DNA from: an uncultured Candidatus Binatia bacterium
GTDB taxonomy: Bacteria; Desulfobacterota; Binatia; UBA9968; CAXXLF01
Length of the DNA: 64,000 bases
Reading direction: 5' to 3'
NCBI GenBank assembly: GCA_965218425.1
Contig: OZ244621.1
Span: forward strand, 192,001 to 256,000
This document shows positions 41,420 to 51,786 of this stretch, in pieces. Positions within the stretch are counted from its first letter, which is position 1, and every line of letters begins with the position of its first letter. The translations under genes were made by a program, and so were the position numbers. The notes under the pieces were generated by a model. That model was not told the DNA's origin, searched no databases, and was given only the letters and a program-made list of their open reading frames with translations.

Positions 41420-42183
41420 GGCGTCAGCCTTGCCTTCTTGCTATTCTGGGTTCCCTTCCCTTTCGGATTCCAGCCTGTATTGGACCGATTCACGTCACCC
41501 CGGCCCAAAAGGAAGTTGTTCCAGTCAGCGCCCATACGGTCGGGGTGGCGTCTTTCGCGTGCGGCTTCGACGACGTGTCCAACGACACCGGGCGCCGACC
41601 ATCGGTCGGGACCTTCAAGCGTGTCCAACCAGGGTTTGATCACCTGCTAGGATAGACGTGTCGCCGGCGAGCTGTAAAACTGAAAAATTTTGGGCTCAGG
41701 GCTAATTCAATTTGGGCAAATGCGGGGTCGTTGCCGCCGTTGTTGCGGGGGCTCGACGCGATGCGGGGCCGGGGGTCAGGCACGCCTTCTTGCTATTTGG
41801 GTTCCCTTCCCTTTCGGATTCCAGCTTGTATTGTACCAATCCTCTTGTGGAACGTCCTGTCCGTTTGGACGCGGTGTTCTAATCAGCCCAACCCACGGCT
41901 CATCACCCCGGCATCACGGCTTGAATACCGGTGTAGGCGAACGGCAATAATTGGAAATTCCGACAAAATGAATTGGAAATGGACCGGAAACCGGCCGGAT
42001 TTTCCGGCCCGTTCAGGGCTCGGAAACTGGGCCTGAAAGGGCCGTTAAATCGGGGCGGGCGGCGCCTCATGAATCCCCCTCATTAAAACGCCGCCACCGC
42101 GAGTAGAAAAGGGCAAGTCTTTTCGGGCTGTTGCCCGAATCGATATTTTTAGTGCGTCAACAGAGCCCTCCGGTTATGATGCT
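41420..42183. repeat. Mosaic of repeat modules (partial MITE, 390-bp block, MITE half, TCATCACCCCG module, GGAAATGG module)
   Basis: Segments match 20842-21233, 3770-3961, 2372-2483 and 44065-44275. Confidence 0.85.
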
Positions 42184-42800
42184 CTCAGCCTTTCTCGTAT
42201 TAATAGGGAGCAAAACTATTGTGGGGAGACGGAAAAGAGGCACGAACATTCACTTTTAAGCGACAACTCCATGACAAACACCGAGTAGGCTGAACCTGCC
42301 ACAACGCCCGGTAGGTTGTGCGGCCTTCCGTCAACTGTGATTGATTGAGTCGCCATCGCCGTGCTTAAGCCGGCTTGAATTTCACCAGTGGGAACACGTC
42401 ATTGCGAACCACTTGGAACGCTCACAATACGATCGCGGTCAGTGAGATTTCGCCACTTGCGGCGGCGCACACGGCACGGCTCTGACCGGTCGCAGTTTTA
42501 CCCGCTACCGGTCGAACCGCGCGGCAAGCGGGCTCTATCGCACGATCCGCGAGACGATGTCCCAGAGCGGCAAAGGAAGCATGGCGCCGCGGAGTTGGTC
42601 GCCTTCCTGCTGTGCGATGCCGACGCTCCGACCGAGGGCGACCCGTCCAACGGCGGGCTTCCCACCGATGTCGAGGCGCTGGACAGCCTGCGCATCCGAC
42701 CGAGCGCCAACTAACACCCAGCCGCCGCGGCTCTAGCTCTCCGCGCCGTTCTACGGGTGCGGACTTCCAGCCCCCGGCCGCCACCGTCAGGGCGAGACCC

Positions 42801-43646
42801 CTACATCCAGATCCCGAGCACCGCCATGCTGGCGAGGCCAACGAGTACCAGCACGAACTTGAATATGCGGTCCGTGTCCTGCAACGGCATTGGCACGTCG
42901 TCCTCCCCCATTAACGCGCTGCGTACGAAATGCGCGACGCGATCATCGGCCCTGGACATCTCTGCATCAATGACATCCAGAATGGCCACGTAGATGAAGG
43001 TTCCCGCAGCCAGCGCGTTGAAGCTCCCCTCGATCAGCATCGCGGCTCGGCCCTCGAGAAGGCTCGAGGCCACCGTGCCGAACACGATCCCCAATGGCGT
43101 CATCACGACGAAGATCGTCAAGACCGTCCATAAGCGTCTCTTGTCGGCGCCGGAGGCATGCACGCTGACCATCAGGGCGAAGGCAGCTGAGCCCTTGTGG
43201 AACAGGATGCCGAGCATGACGAGCACGGAAGCGGCCACCTCAGGCTCGAGGCCGAGGGCGATGCCAGCGATGATGGAATGGATCGACAGAACCACGAGCA
43301 GAACCAAAGGATAGATCGGCTGATGCGTCTTCCCACCCTGCCCTGACCCGGCCGCGTGGGTGGTTTCGAACAGGACACGATCAATGAGCAGCAGCACGCC
43401 GACGCCGACCGCCGCTAGCAGCGGCGCCAGGGGATACTCGACCACCTCCTCAAGCGCCTCGCCCGCTTCAGGCAGCAGGTGAAGGAACCCTACGCCGAGA
43501 AAGATGCCGCCCGCCAGGGCATTGCCCAGCGACAAGAATCGGCGGCTCGCATGGTGACGGGTCGCCAGAAGCGGGATGATGCCTCCGACGACGCCCACGG
43601 CGAGGATCGCAACAGCAGCAACGACCTTGATCGCAAGCCATGACAT
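42801..43646 (-). CDS. ZIP-family metal (zinc) transporter
   Basis: GIFLGVGFLHLLPEA, LSIHSIIAGIALG, ILFHKG, AAGTFIYVA; AGGAGG-rich RBS before MSWLAIK. Confidence 0.92.
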   Translation of the reverse strand: MSWLAIKVVAAVAILAVGVVGGIIPLLATRHHASRRFLSLGNALAGGIFLGVGFLHLLPEAGEALEEVVEYPLAPLLAAVGVGVLLLIDRVLFETTHAAGSGQGGKTHQPIYPLVLLVVLSIHSIIAGIALGLEPEVAASVLVMLGILFHKGSAAFALMVSVHASGADKRRLWTVLTIFVVMTPLGIVFGTVASSLLEGRAAMLIEGSFNALAAGTFIYVAILDVIDAEMSRADDRVAHFVRSALMGEDDVPMPLQDTDRIFKFVLVLVGLASMAVLGIWM

Positions 43647-43824
43647 GATGATGGCTACCCCTCCTCTCCTAGCTGGGATTGCCCGGCCCATCGTCGGCCG
43701 GCCGGAGCCCCCGCACACACCACGCGGCCACTTCCTCGCTTTGGCCTTCACAGTGTAGCGATTTGATATATTCGTGTTTCAATGCCAATCCTTTACTACC
43801 ATGTGTGAAAATATAGCTGTCTTT

Positions 43825-44066
43825 GGGGCCGGGGTCAGGTAACATGAAAAAGGGGGCAAGCTCCAGTAGGATGGTAGTTGTAGCGGCAGTCAAACCTGAA
43901 AGGAGAAAACCCCCATGCTTTACGTCGGAATAGACTATCACAAACGATACGCCCCAGGTAAATGCCATCGACGAGAAAGGAACGACCCGGGCTCACAGTC
44001 GACTTTCCAACGACTTGAGTACGGTGGAGGACTTTTTTCGGTCCCTGAACGAGCCATGCAAAGCGG
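43825..44066 (+). mobile_element. IS110-family left end with frameshifted, truncated transposase N-terminus
   Basis: MLYVGIDYHKRY...STVEDFFRSLNEPCKA; homologous to 13643-13908. Confidence 0.85.
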
Positions 44067-44275
44067 AAATGGGCCGGAAAACGGCCGGATATTCCGGGGC
44101 GTTCAGGGCTCGAAAAACGGCCCTGAAAGGGCCGTTAAATCGGGCCGGGCGGCGCCTCATGAATCCCCCCTCATTGGAACGCCGCCACCGCGAGTAGAAA
44201 AGGTCAAGTCTTGCCGGGCTGTTGCCCGAATCGAAATTCTTAATGCGTCAACAGAGCCCTCCGGTTATACGATGC
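44065..44275. repeat. Repeat module, direct copy of ~41968-42183
   Basis: High identity by eye. Confidence 0.85.
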
Positions 44276-45025
44276 TTACCCAATCAATTGTTTTTAATTG
44301 GACTTGTATGCAAACATAACCAAGATTTAAGTTTTCAATCCCCTTGCCCAATTCATCAACAGATAAATTGACCGCATTTTCCATCCGGCCGTTTCTCCCC
44401 CATGCCGGACTTGCCAAAGCACACGGAAGGTGAACTTTACGCTTGACAAGTTTCCCGTACGAGTTTAAGGGATATGATAAGGACTGATCCTTTACCACCC
44501 GGTATCCTGACGACCGAGCAAGCACTACAGCATTTTAGGGAGCTATAATGGCTAAAAAAGCAACAGAAATGGTTGCAGAAGAGATCGCCAAGTTACTTTA
44601 GCCGTCACCCCCTCAAATTAATGTGATAATGATGAATTGCCTGAAAGCATTGGCTGGTAAGATAGACGATATTGAAGCTAAGATCGAAGCAAAGAATCGA
44701 TAACCCTTAGCCTTTCTTCGATCTTATCGATCCCAAGTCTTTTTCTCCAGAACTCACGGGTTCCATAGAAGAAGTCGTCCGGGCCGTCATCCCCCAAGCG
44801 GTCCTTCAGCACTTGCATTATATCCCTTATCTTTTGTTTCCTGTTCCATCATCCCCCCCCTCCTTGGTTACGATGTATGTATGTCCCGTTGATTCCCGCT
44901 CTCGACCCCCGCACACTCCCGCCGCAAAACGGGTGGATTCTCCTTAACTTGACGATCCTGACGGAATACGATGGTGCCGTGTCGCTGTCGGGGTCCGATA
45001 CATTCGAGTCGTTTCTCTAAGCGAT

Positions 45026-45415
45026 ATGAAAACCGGAGTTCATATGGTCATTAACTTTCAAAAGCGATTCGCCGCGGCGGTGGAAAACGGCGCCAAGAGA
45101 CAAACCATCCGTAAGCGGTGGAGGAACGGCAAGGTTGCCTGGAAACCGGGTGGGCTGTTACAGCTTTATACGGGACTGCGCGCGCGGAATGCTCGTCTCT
45201 TGCGTGACGCGGTCTGCAAGAAGATAAGCAGGATATCCATCCGTAAGGATTGGACCATATATTTGGGCGGGCGTTGCTTGACCCCCGCTGAGTGCCGGGA
45301 GCTTGCTCGGCTGGACGGATTTGACGATCACATCGAGATGGCGCTCTGGTTTCAGGCGAACCATGGTCTGCCGTTCAATGGGTATCTGATCGATTTCAGC
45401 GATAATGATTGTTAA
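45026..45415 (+). CDS. ASCH/PUA-like domain protein (phage-like)
   Basis: INFQKRFAAAVENGAKRQTIR...LQLYTGLR...LARLDGF. Confidence 0.75.
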   Translation: MKTGVHMVINFQKRFAAAVENGAKRQTIRKRWRNGKVAWKPGGLLQLYTGLRARNARLLRDAVCKKISRISIRKDWTIYLGGRCLTPAECRELARLDGFDDHIEMALWFQANHGLPFNGYLIDFSDNDC

Positions 45416-45669
45416 TGGTCATCGCCCCGGTTCTGCCATGTGGAAGCAATCGCATAGACCCCGACCGGCTCCACCGATTTTCCGGCCGAAATACGACCCC
45501 GAAAACAGCCCAAAAACGGCCTTTAAAGGCCGCTTATCCACAGCTTCCGGCTGGATTTCCGATTATTTCTTTCGCTCCGACACCGGGACCGGGCGGGCGC
45601 TCAAAACCCTGAAAAACAAGGGTCTCATCCCGCATCATCCCGCATCATCCCACTTCAGACGAAGCCAGA

Positions 45670-46278
45670 TTAGGCCATCAATTCCTCCGCCCTCATCGCC
45701 GCCTGCACGTGCGCTCGCGCGGCCACACGGTTTTGATACTGCTCCAGCACCGGCCAGCGGTCGAAGTCCATGCCGATACGCGTGCGCCAGTTTAGAACCG
45801 TAAAAAGATAGGCATCGGCGACCGTGAAGTCGCCGCCCACGAGGCAGGTCTTGTCTGCGAGATGCTGTGCGACGTAGTCGAGGCGCCTGACGAGTAGCTC
45901 TCTTCCGATCACTTTATATGCATCCGGCGTCGTCGGTCGCAACAGCGGGCTAAAGCTCTTGTGGATCTCCGAGGTGATGAAATTAAGCCATTCCTGGAGA
46001 CGGAAACGCTCCCAGGTGCCCGCCGCCGGCACGAGCCCCGATCCGGGCTTACGGTCGCCGATATACTGCAGGATGGCCGGGCCTTCGGTGAGCACTTCAC
46101 CGTTTTCAAGTTCCAGCGCCGGCACATAACCTTTCGGGTTGATCGCAAGGTAGTCCCGGCCCTTCTCGGTCTTCTTTTTTTGCGTATCAACGGCCTCGCG
46201 CTCAAAGGTCAGTCCTGCCTCCCGGAGCGAGATATGCGAGGCCAGAGAGCATGCGCCGGCTTTATAAAAAAGTTTCAT
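45670..46278 (-). CDS. gstA: Glutathione S-transferase, beta class
   Basis: MKLFYKAGACSLASHI, INPKGYVPAL, LTEGPAILQYI, FTVADAYLF. Confidence 0.95.
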   Translation of the reverse strand: MKLFYKAGACSLASHISLREAGLTFEREAVDTQKKKTEKGRDYLAINPKGYVPALELENGEVLTEGPAILQYIGDRKPGSGLVPAAGTWERFRLQEWLNFITSEIHKSFSPLLRPTTPDAYKVIGRELLVRRLDYVAQHLADKTCLVGGDFTVADAYLFTVLNWRTRIGMDFDRWPVLEQYQNRVAARAHVQAAMRAEELMA

Positions 46279-46673
46279 AATTGGTTCTCCTTCATGGGGT
46301 TTTCCCATGCATCTTTTATAATCGGACGGCAGTTTATCCCCAAGGGAACAGCCCTGTCAATAAGGCGTATTCCGCCATGTATAAATCTAACCCTCCCTAG
46401 GGCTTATTAAGCTAGGGGGGCTGGAATTTGATGTTTTGAAGTGTATCATTTGGTCGCCGAACCGGCTGACCCGCTTTCCCAAGTGTTTGTCGCTGTTAAA
46501 TCGCTCCCTGAGACGGCGAGCCCCTGAATGCCGCTCAAAGGAGGAGAAGATCCTCTTTTTTGCGTACGCTACCCCGAGGTGGCACTAGATCAATGTAATC
46601 AACAACGTCCTTCTTAACCCTTGAGCTGCGATCTTAGACCCAACCCGCAATCTTGACTTAATCTGAAATCAAT

Positions 46674-46702
46674 CTTGACTTAATCTGAAATAAGGTAGTA
46701 AA
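46674..46702 (+). promoter_or_regulatory. Putative promoter conserved upstream of both tandem SBP genes (also ~48007-48036)
   Basis: TTGACT...TAAAA(C/T) shared; 22-bp tandem duplication at 46648-46691. Confidence 0.5.
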
Positions 46703-46728
46703 ACGGCAACATCGAAAGGGGGCAAAAC

Positions 46729-47862
46729 ATGAATACCATTGTACGCAAAATCCTAGGGTTTTCACTGTTGTTCTGGCTCATTGCCGTGCATGCCTTAACT
46801 GGAGCCGTAAAGGCGCAGGCTTCCTGGGAAGCCGAATGGAAGAAAACGGTGGAAGCAGCAAAAAAAGAAGGGCAGGTTACGATCTACACCTCATCCAGGC
46901 AGAACAACCTGCTTTTAGAGTCGGGGGCTTTTCAAAAGAAGTACCCAGAGATCAAACTCCTTGTCGCGCTCGGAAATCCACTCCACCGCATCCTTACCGA
47001 GCGAAGAGTCGGAAAATACCTGGCGGATATCGCATTTACCGGTCCAAGCAGTCTTTGGCGACTCTATCTAGCCAAGGTCCTGGACCCCATTAGCGACACG
47101 TTGATTTTGCCTGAGGTCACTGATCAGTCAAAGTGGCTCCAGGGAAAACACTACTATGTAGACAAAGAACAAAAGTACATATTTGCCGCTGTTGGAAACG
47201 TTGACCTGGGGGCTTTTTTCTACAACACCAAACAAATCGATCCTAAGAACTTTCAATCGTTCTGGGATTTTCTCCGTCCCGAACTGAAAGGGAAAATGTC
47301 GGCGCGAGATATCCGATCCCCAGGCCCAGGCAGCGTTACCATGAGAATGTTCTATTACAGTCCTCAATTGGGCCCTAAATTCATCCGGCGTCTGTTCGGC
47401 GAAATGGATATCACCCTTTTCCGCGATCAACGACAGGGAATAGATTGGCTTGCCACCGGCAAATACCCGATTTGCATTTTCTGTAACCACACGCGGATAC
47501 AAACAGGCAAAGCTCAGGGACTTCCGGTACAAGGCTTTGGATTGATGAAAGAAGGGGCGGGGTTGATTGTCAGCGGGGGCGGTATAAGCCTTGTCAATAG
47601 GCCGCGCCACCCTAACGCGGCGAAGGTCTTCATCAACTGGGTACTCTCACGCGAGGGACAGATCGCGCTGCAATCGGTAGGAGGCGGTTCAACAAATTCG
47701 CGCCGGATCGACATCCCGAAAGACATCATCATGCCTTCACGGCTGCCTCAGAAGGGTGTCAAGTATATAAATACTGAGAATTGGCAACGGATCTCCATGA
47801 GACCTGTGCTCAAGGTGTTTAACGAGGCAGTAAGAGACGCGGAAAAAAGAAAGAAACAATAA
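46729..47862 (+). CDS. Extracellular solute-binding protein (tandem paralog 1)
   Basis: Signal peptide, AAKKEG, HPNAAKVFINW. Confidence 0.9.
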   Translation: MNTIVRKILGFSLLFWLIAVHALTGAVKAQASWEAEWKKTVEAAKKEGQVTIYTSSRQNNLLLESGAFQKKYPEIKLLVALGNPLHRILTERRVGKYLADIAFTGPSSLWRLYLAKVLDPISDTLILPEVTDQSKWLQGKHYYVDKEQKYIFAAVGNVDLGAFFYNTKQIDPKNFQSFWDFLRPELKGKMSARDIRSPGPGSVTMRMFYYSPQLGPKFIRRLFGEMDITLFRDQRQGIDWLATGKYPICIFCNHTRIQTGKAQGLPVQGFGLMKEGAGLIVSGGGISLVNRPRHPNAAKVFINWVLSREGQIALQSVGGGSTNSRRIDIPKDIIMPSRLPQKGVKYINTENWQRISMRPVLKVFNEAVRDAEKRKKQ

Positions 47863-47864
47863 GT

Positions 47865-47893
47865 GGCAGGCAACGGTGCGAGGCTGCCTTTTT
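47865..47893 (+). terminator. Possible intrinsic terminator
   Basis: GGCAG...CTGCC stem followed by a T run just after the stop codon. Confidence 0.4.
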
Positions 47894-48060
47894 GCTGTTT
47901 TTGCCGTCAGACCCGACGCGAAGGGCAGAATTCAAAGCGAACTCGACAACTAAAGAGCCAAGAGCTGACTAGACCCCCTATTAGGATCCTGGACCTAACC
48001 GAAGTCTTGACTTGATCTCGAATAAGGCGGTAAAATGGCACCATTGATAGGAGCTAAATT

Positions 48061-49194
48061 ATGAATACCATTATACGAAAGTTCCCGGGATTGTTGTTTT
48101 TCTTCTGCCTCGTTGCAGCGCACGCCTTGACCGGAGCCGTAAAGGCACACGCTTCCTGGCAGGAGGAATGGAAGAAAACGGTGGCAGCAGCAAAAAAGGA
48201 AGGGACGGTCACGGTCTACACCTCATCCAGGCAGAGCAACCTGCTTCTCGAGTCCGGGGCATTTCAGAAAAAGTATCCTGACATCAAGCTGCTCGTGGCG
48301 CTTGGAAATCCTCTGCACCGAATCCTGACCGAGCGAAGGGTTGGGAAATACCTCGCGGATGTTGGGCTCACCGGTCCGAGCACCCTGTGGCGCCTTTATA
48401 AAGCCAAAGCGCTGGATCCGGTCAAAGACGCGATGATTTTGCCCGAGGTGATTGATGAGTCCAAGTGGTTTAATGGGAAACACCTATACGTTGATAAAGA
48501 ACAAAAATACATCTTGGTCTCCGTTGGCAACCCGGACTCGGGAAATTTCTACTACAACACCAAGCTAATCAACCCCAACAAGTTCAAGTCCATGTGGGAT
48601 TTTCTCAAGCCCGAATGGAAAGGAAAAATAGCGGCCAGAGACGTTAGATCCCCGGGCCCTGGCAGTGTGACCATCAAGTTTTACTATTACAATCCCGACC
48701 TCGGGGTAAAGTTCATCAAGCGTCTCTTCGGGGAGATGGATCTCACCCTTTTCCGGGATCAACGGCAGGGAATCGATTGGCTATCCAGCGGAAGATTCCC
48801 CATTTGCGTGTTTTGCAACAGCTCGCGTATAGAAAACGCCAAGCTTCAGGGGCTCCCGGTGGAAAAATTCGGCATGATGAAAGAGGGCGCGGTGTTGAGT
48901 TCGAGTGGGGGTGGTCTCACCCTTATCAATCGGGCTCCCCATCCCAATGCGGCGAAGGTCTTTGTCAACTGGTATCTTTCAAGGGAGGGACAACTCGCGC
49001 TGCAATCGTTAAAAGGGGGTTTCACGAATTCTCGCCGTATGGATATCTCGAGGGACATGATCCCTCCCGATCGACAGCTCAAGAAGGATGGCAAGTATAT
49101 GGTGGTCGACTCCTGGGATCGGATATCGACACGCCCCGTGCTCAAGATTATCAACGCTGCTTTAGCGAAAGCGAATAAAAGAAAGAAAAGATAG
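48061..49194 (+). CDS. Extracellular solute-binding protein (tandem paralog 2)
   Basis: Same length (377 aa) and colinear with paralog 1. Confidence 0.9.
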   Translation: MNTIIRKFPGLLFFFCLVAAHALTGAVKAHASWQEEWKKTVAAAKKEGTVTVYTSSRQSNLLLESGAFQKKYPDIKLLVALGNPLHRILTERRVGKYLADVGLTGPSTLWRLYKAKALDPVKDAMILPEVIDESKWFNGKHLYVDKEQKYILVSVGNPDSGNFYYNTKLINPNKFKSMWDFLKPEWKGKIAARDVRSPGPGSVTIKFYYYNPDLGVKFIKRLFGEMDLTLFRDQRQGIDWLSSGRFPICVFCNSSRIENAKLQGLPVEKFGMMKEGAVLSSSGGGLTLINRAPHPNAAKVFVNWYLSREGQLALQSLKGGFTNSRRMDISRDMIPPDRQLKKDGKYMVVDSWDRISTRPVLKIINAALAKANKRKKR

Positions 49195-49495
49195 GTGACC
49201 TAACAGGCGAGGCGTCTCCTAAGTGAACAGGGCTTGAATCTCTGGGGTTGAAGTTATTTGCCAATCCGCTGGAACAAATGGCACCGGCGGCGTGTTACTT
49301 TATCCTGGGGCTCTTTCCTGGGTTATCCTCTTTATATCCTCACTGAGAGCTGACGGCTGCTTACCCTTTGATGATTTGATTGAGTTGAAAACACGAGTCC
49401 CTAGACCTAACTCACATGAAAAGTCATCCCTTGATAGACGCATGCGAATTCCATTATCTATGCACTGATCTTAAAAATGCCAGCAGGGAGGGTTT

Positions 49496-50542
49496 ATGAC
49501 CAGACAATTTATTCTGACTCTACTCGCATTGGCATTTGCTCTTACGCCCGGTCCGGCCCTAGCCCAGGATTACTTCAAGGGAAAGACAATCACTTTGGTC
49601 GTGGGAACTCAACCGGGAGGCAGGAGGGATCGAATCACGCGAACCACTGCCAAGTTCCTTTCCCGGTATTTACCGGGAAATCCCACCGTTCTCGTCCAAA
49701 ATATACCCGGAGGGAAAGAAATTCCCTCTCAACTAAAGATCGCTCGGGGAAAACCCGATGGATCCATCATGGGAGTTGTTACTTCCTCAGCAACGGAGGC
49801 ACCCTATTTCGGCAGCCCCGGTGCTCACTACAACCCCAACAAGTACAGGTTTATTGGGGCGATCGGCACCGGTAAGAACACCCAGACGCTGTTCACCCAT
49901 ATCCAAGCTGGTTTCAAATCGCTGGAGGATCTGAAATCACGCGAAGTGGTCCTGGGCGCCCACCGATTGGGGCATCGTTCTTATCTCAATGGTCGCTTGG
50001 CCGCTGAAGTCCTAGACTTGAAGGTTCGCTGGATACTCGGCTATTCCACGCCAGAACTCTCCACAGCCATGGACCGTGGGGAAATAGATGGTCGCTTTCA
50101 TGGCGCTGCAAGCGCCATCAGGGACCGGCCTGACTGGTTCGAACGGCGAGAAGTGGTGGCTCATGTGGCAACTACCCTGACCGAAAAATTGCCGCCAATA
50201 GATGACCCTTTACTCGCCAGTACTCCTTCTCTCATGCAATTTGTCAAAACGGATCTCCACCGTGATATTCTCCTAAAGCTGGATACAACTGACAAGTTGG
50301 GTGCAGCCATGGCCTTTCCCCCAGGAACACCAGAGAACATTAGAAAACTGGCGGAACAAGCGCTGCTAAAAATGGGGAAAAATCCCAAATTCCAGCAGGT
50401 GTGGGAAAGGGAGGTCGGGCTCAAGCCGTTTCAAGGCGTATTTTCAGGTGCAGAGGTTGCAGCGGCTGTTGCGCTCTACACAGACTGGAGACCAGAATTA
50501 TTAAAGGCCTATCAGCGTTTGGGGTACAAACCGCCTAAATAA
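49496..50542 (+). CDS. Bug/TctC tripartite tricarboxylate transporter substrate-binding protein
   Basis: YFKGKTITLVVG..PGG, LPGNPTVLVQNIPG, KPDG, AMDRGEIDG. Confidence 0.88.
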   Translation: MTRQFILTLLALAFALTPGPALAQDYFKGKTITLVVGTQPGGRRDRITRTTAKFLSRYLPGNPTVLVQNIPGGKEIPSQLKIARGKPDGSIMGVVTSSATEAPYFGSPGAHYNPNKYRFIGAIGTGKNTQTLFTHIQAGFKSLEDLKSREVVLGAHRLGHRSYLNGRLAAEVLDLKVRWILGYSTPELSTAMDRGEIDGRFHGAASAIRDRPDWFERREVVAHVATTLTEKLPPIDDPLLASTPSLMQFVKTDLHRDILLKLDTTDKLGAAMAFPPGTPENIRKLAEQALLKMGKNPKFQQVWEREVGLKPFQGVFSGAEVAAAVALYTDWRPELLKAYQRLGYKPPK

Positions 50543-50705
50543 CCGGCAAATAAAAACCGTAATCCATAGACCTGACTCCTTCACGCTTCATCAGTGAAAG
50601 GAAAAACCATAAAAGTCGCAACGTCCCCTAATCCTTTCTATTCCGATCTCCTAGCTCCTGCTCGGGGTCACATCTTCTTCTCAGTTCAGCGCCGGGCCCC
50701 GTTTG

Positions 50706-50996
50706 TCAGCTCCCCGCACGCCTGGGACCGGCAGCGTCCGCCTTAGCTTTCGCCTCACCGAGCGCAGGCAGCTCCTTAAAGGATACCGTTTCCACATTGA
50801 ACTTGGTGTGACTCCGATGGCTACTAGCGTCCACCTGAGGGTACATCGGGTGACGAAAGTAGAACACGTAGCGCAAGAATCTGGGCCAGCCGGTAATCCG
50901 GTGTGCGATACCGCGCGGCACATAGCCCATCTCACCAGGGTCCAGCTCGTGGACACCCCACTCGGTATCGTTAACCGCGTGGGCGCGGAACTGCAA
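50706..50996 (-). pseudogene. C-terminal fragment of a cupin-fold protein
   Basis: TEWGVHELDPGEMGYVPRGIAHR cupin motif 2; no N-terminus. Confidence 0.6.
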
Positions 50997-51037
50997 TCAA
51001 ATCTCGTCGTCCTCCATCCCCCTACGATCTGGAGAAA

Positions 51038-51685
51038 TTGCACTGGATCGGCGTGGTCGCTCCCACGGAAAACACCCTTCTCGCTTATAAACCAAGGTTC
51101 AAATCGCTGCAGGATCTGAAGCGAGCCGATAAACCCCTTCAATGGGGCCTGACCCGCCTGGGCGGCAACAATTATTTTATCGGTCTCACACTACGCGAGG
51201 TGTTGGGCCTCAACGTGAGGTTCGTTCCCGGCTACCGAGGCAGCGCCTCGGTGCGGCAGGCCCTGATGAGCGGAGAGGTGGACGTGGCCGCCTATGGGGC
51301 GAACCTCTACGCCGCAGCCATCAAAGCGGGGTTGGTCGTGCCGTTGCTGCACATCGGACAAAGGCGGGCTCCTGCGGCGCCTGATACGCCCACGCTCTAT
51401 GAAACCGTCAAGAATATTCCTCAGCCGTTGGACAGCTGGATCAGAATCGGGGAAGTAGGCTACTTTATGGCAACCAATCCAGGGGTGCCGAAGGAAAGAG
51501 TCGAGTTCCTCAGGTGGGCGTTAAGGCAAGTCACACGGGATCGCGAGTTCACGAATCAGGCCAAGAAAAGAGGATATGTAATCGGTTACCTTTCGTCGGA
51601 TGAGGCGCTTCCCATCGTGCGAAAACTCCTGCACCCGTCCCAGAAAGACCGGGAAAAACTTGACCGGATGCTGAAAGGCAAGTAG
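51038..51685 (+). pseudogene. C-terminal fragment of a Bug/TctC binding protein
   Basis: FKSLQDL, FVPGYRGSASVRQALMSGEVD, PGVPKERV; signal peptide and N-terminus missing. Confidence 0.75.
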
Positions 51686-51786
51686 GAACCGCCGCCAATA
51701 TACACTCTTGCCAATTCAGATCTCATAGGCTGCTAGGGGGGGTATGTTGAGGGGTCGAGCCCCCTTTGATTCTTACCTCCGATGAG

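Noticed and set aside
42388..42714. 108-aa ORF convergent with the ZIP gene
   Set aside because: No recognisable family and no convincing start
46440..46630. Possible structured ncRNA or riboswitch between gstA and the SBP gene
   Set aside because: I could not match it to any RNA family by eye; needs an Rfam/Infernal scan
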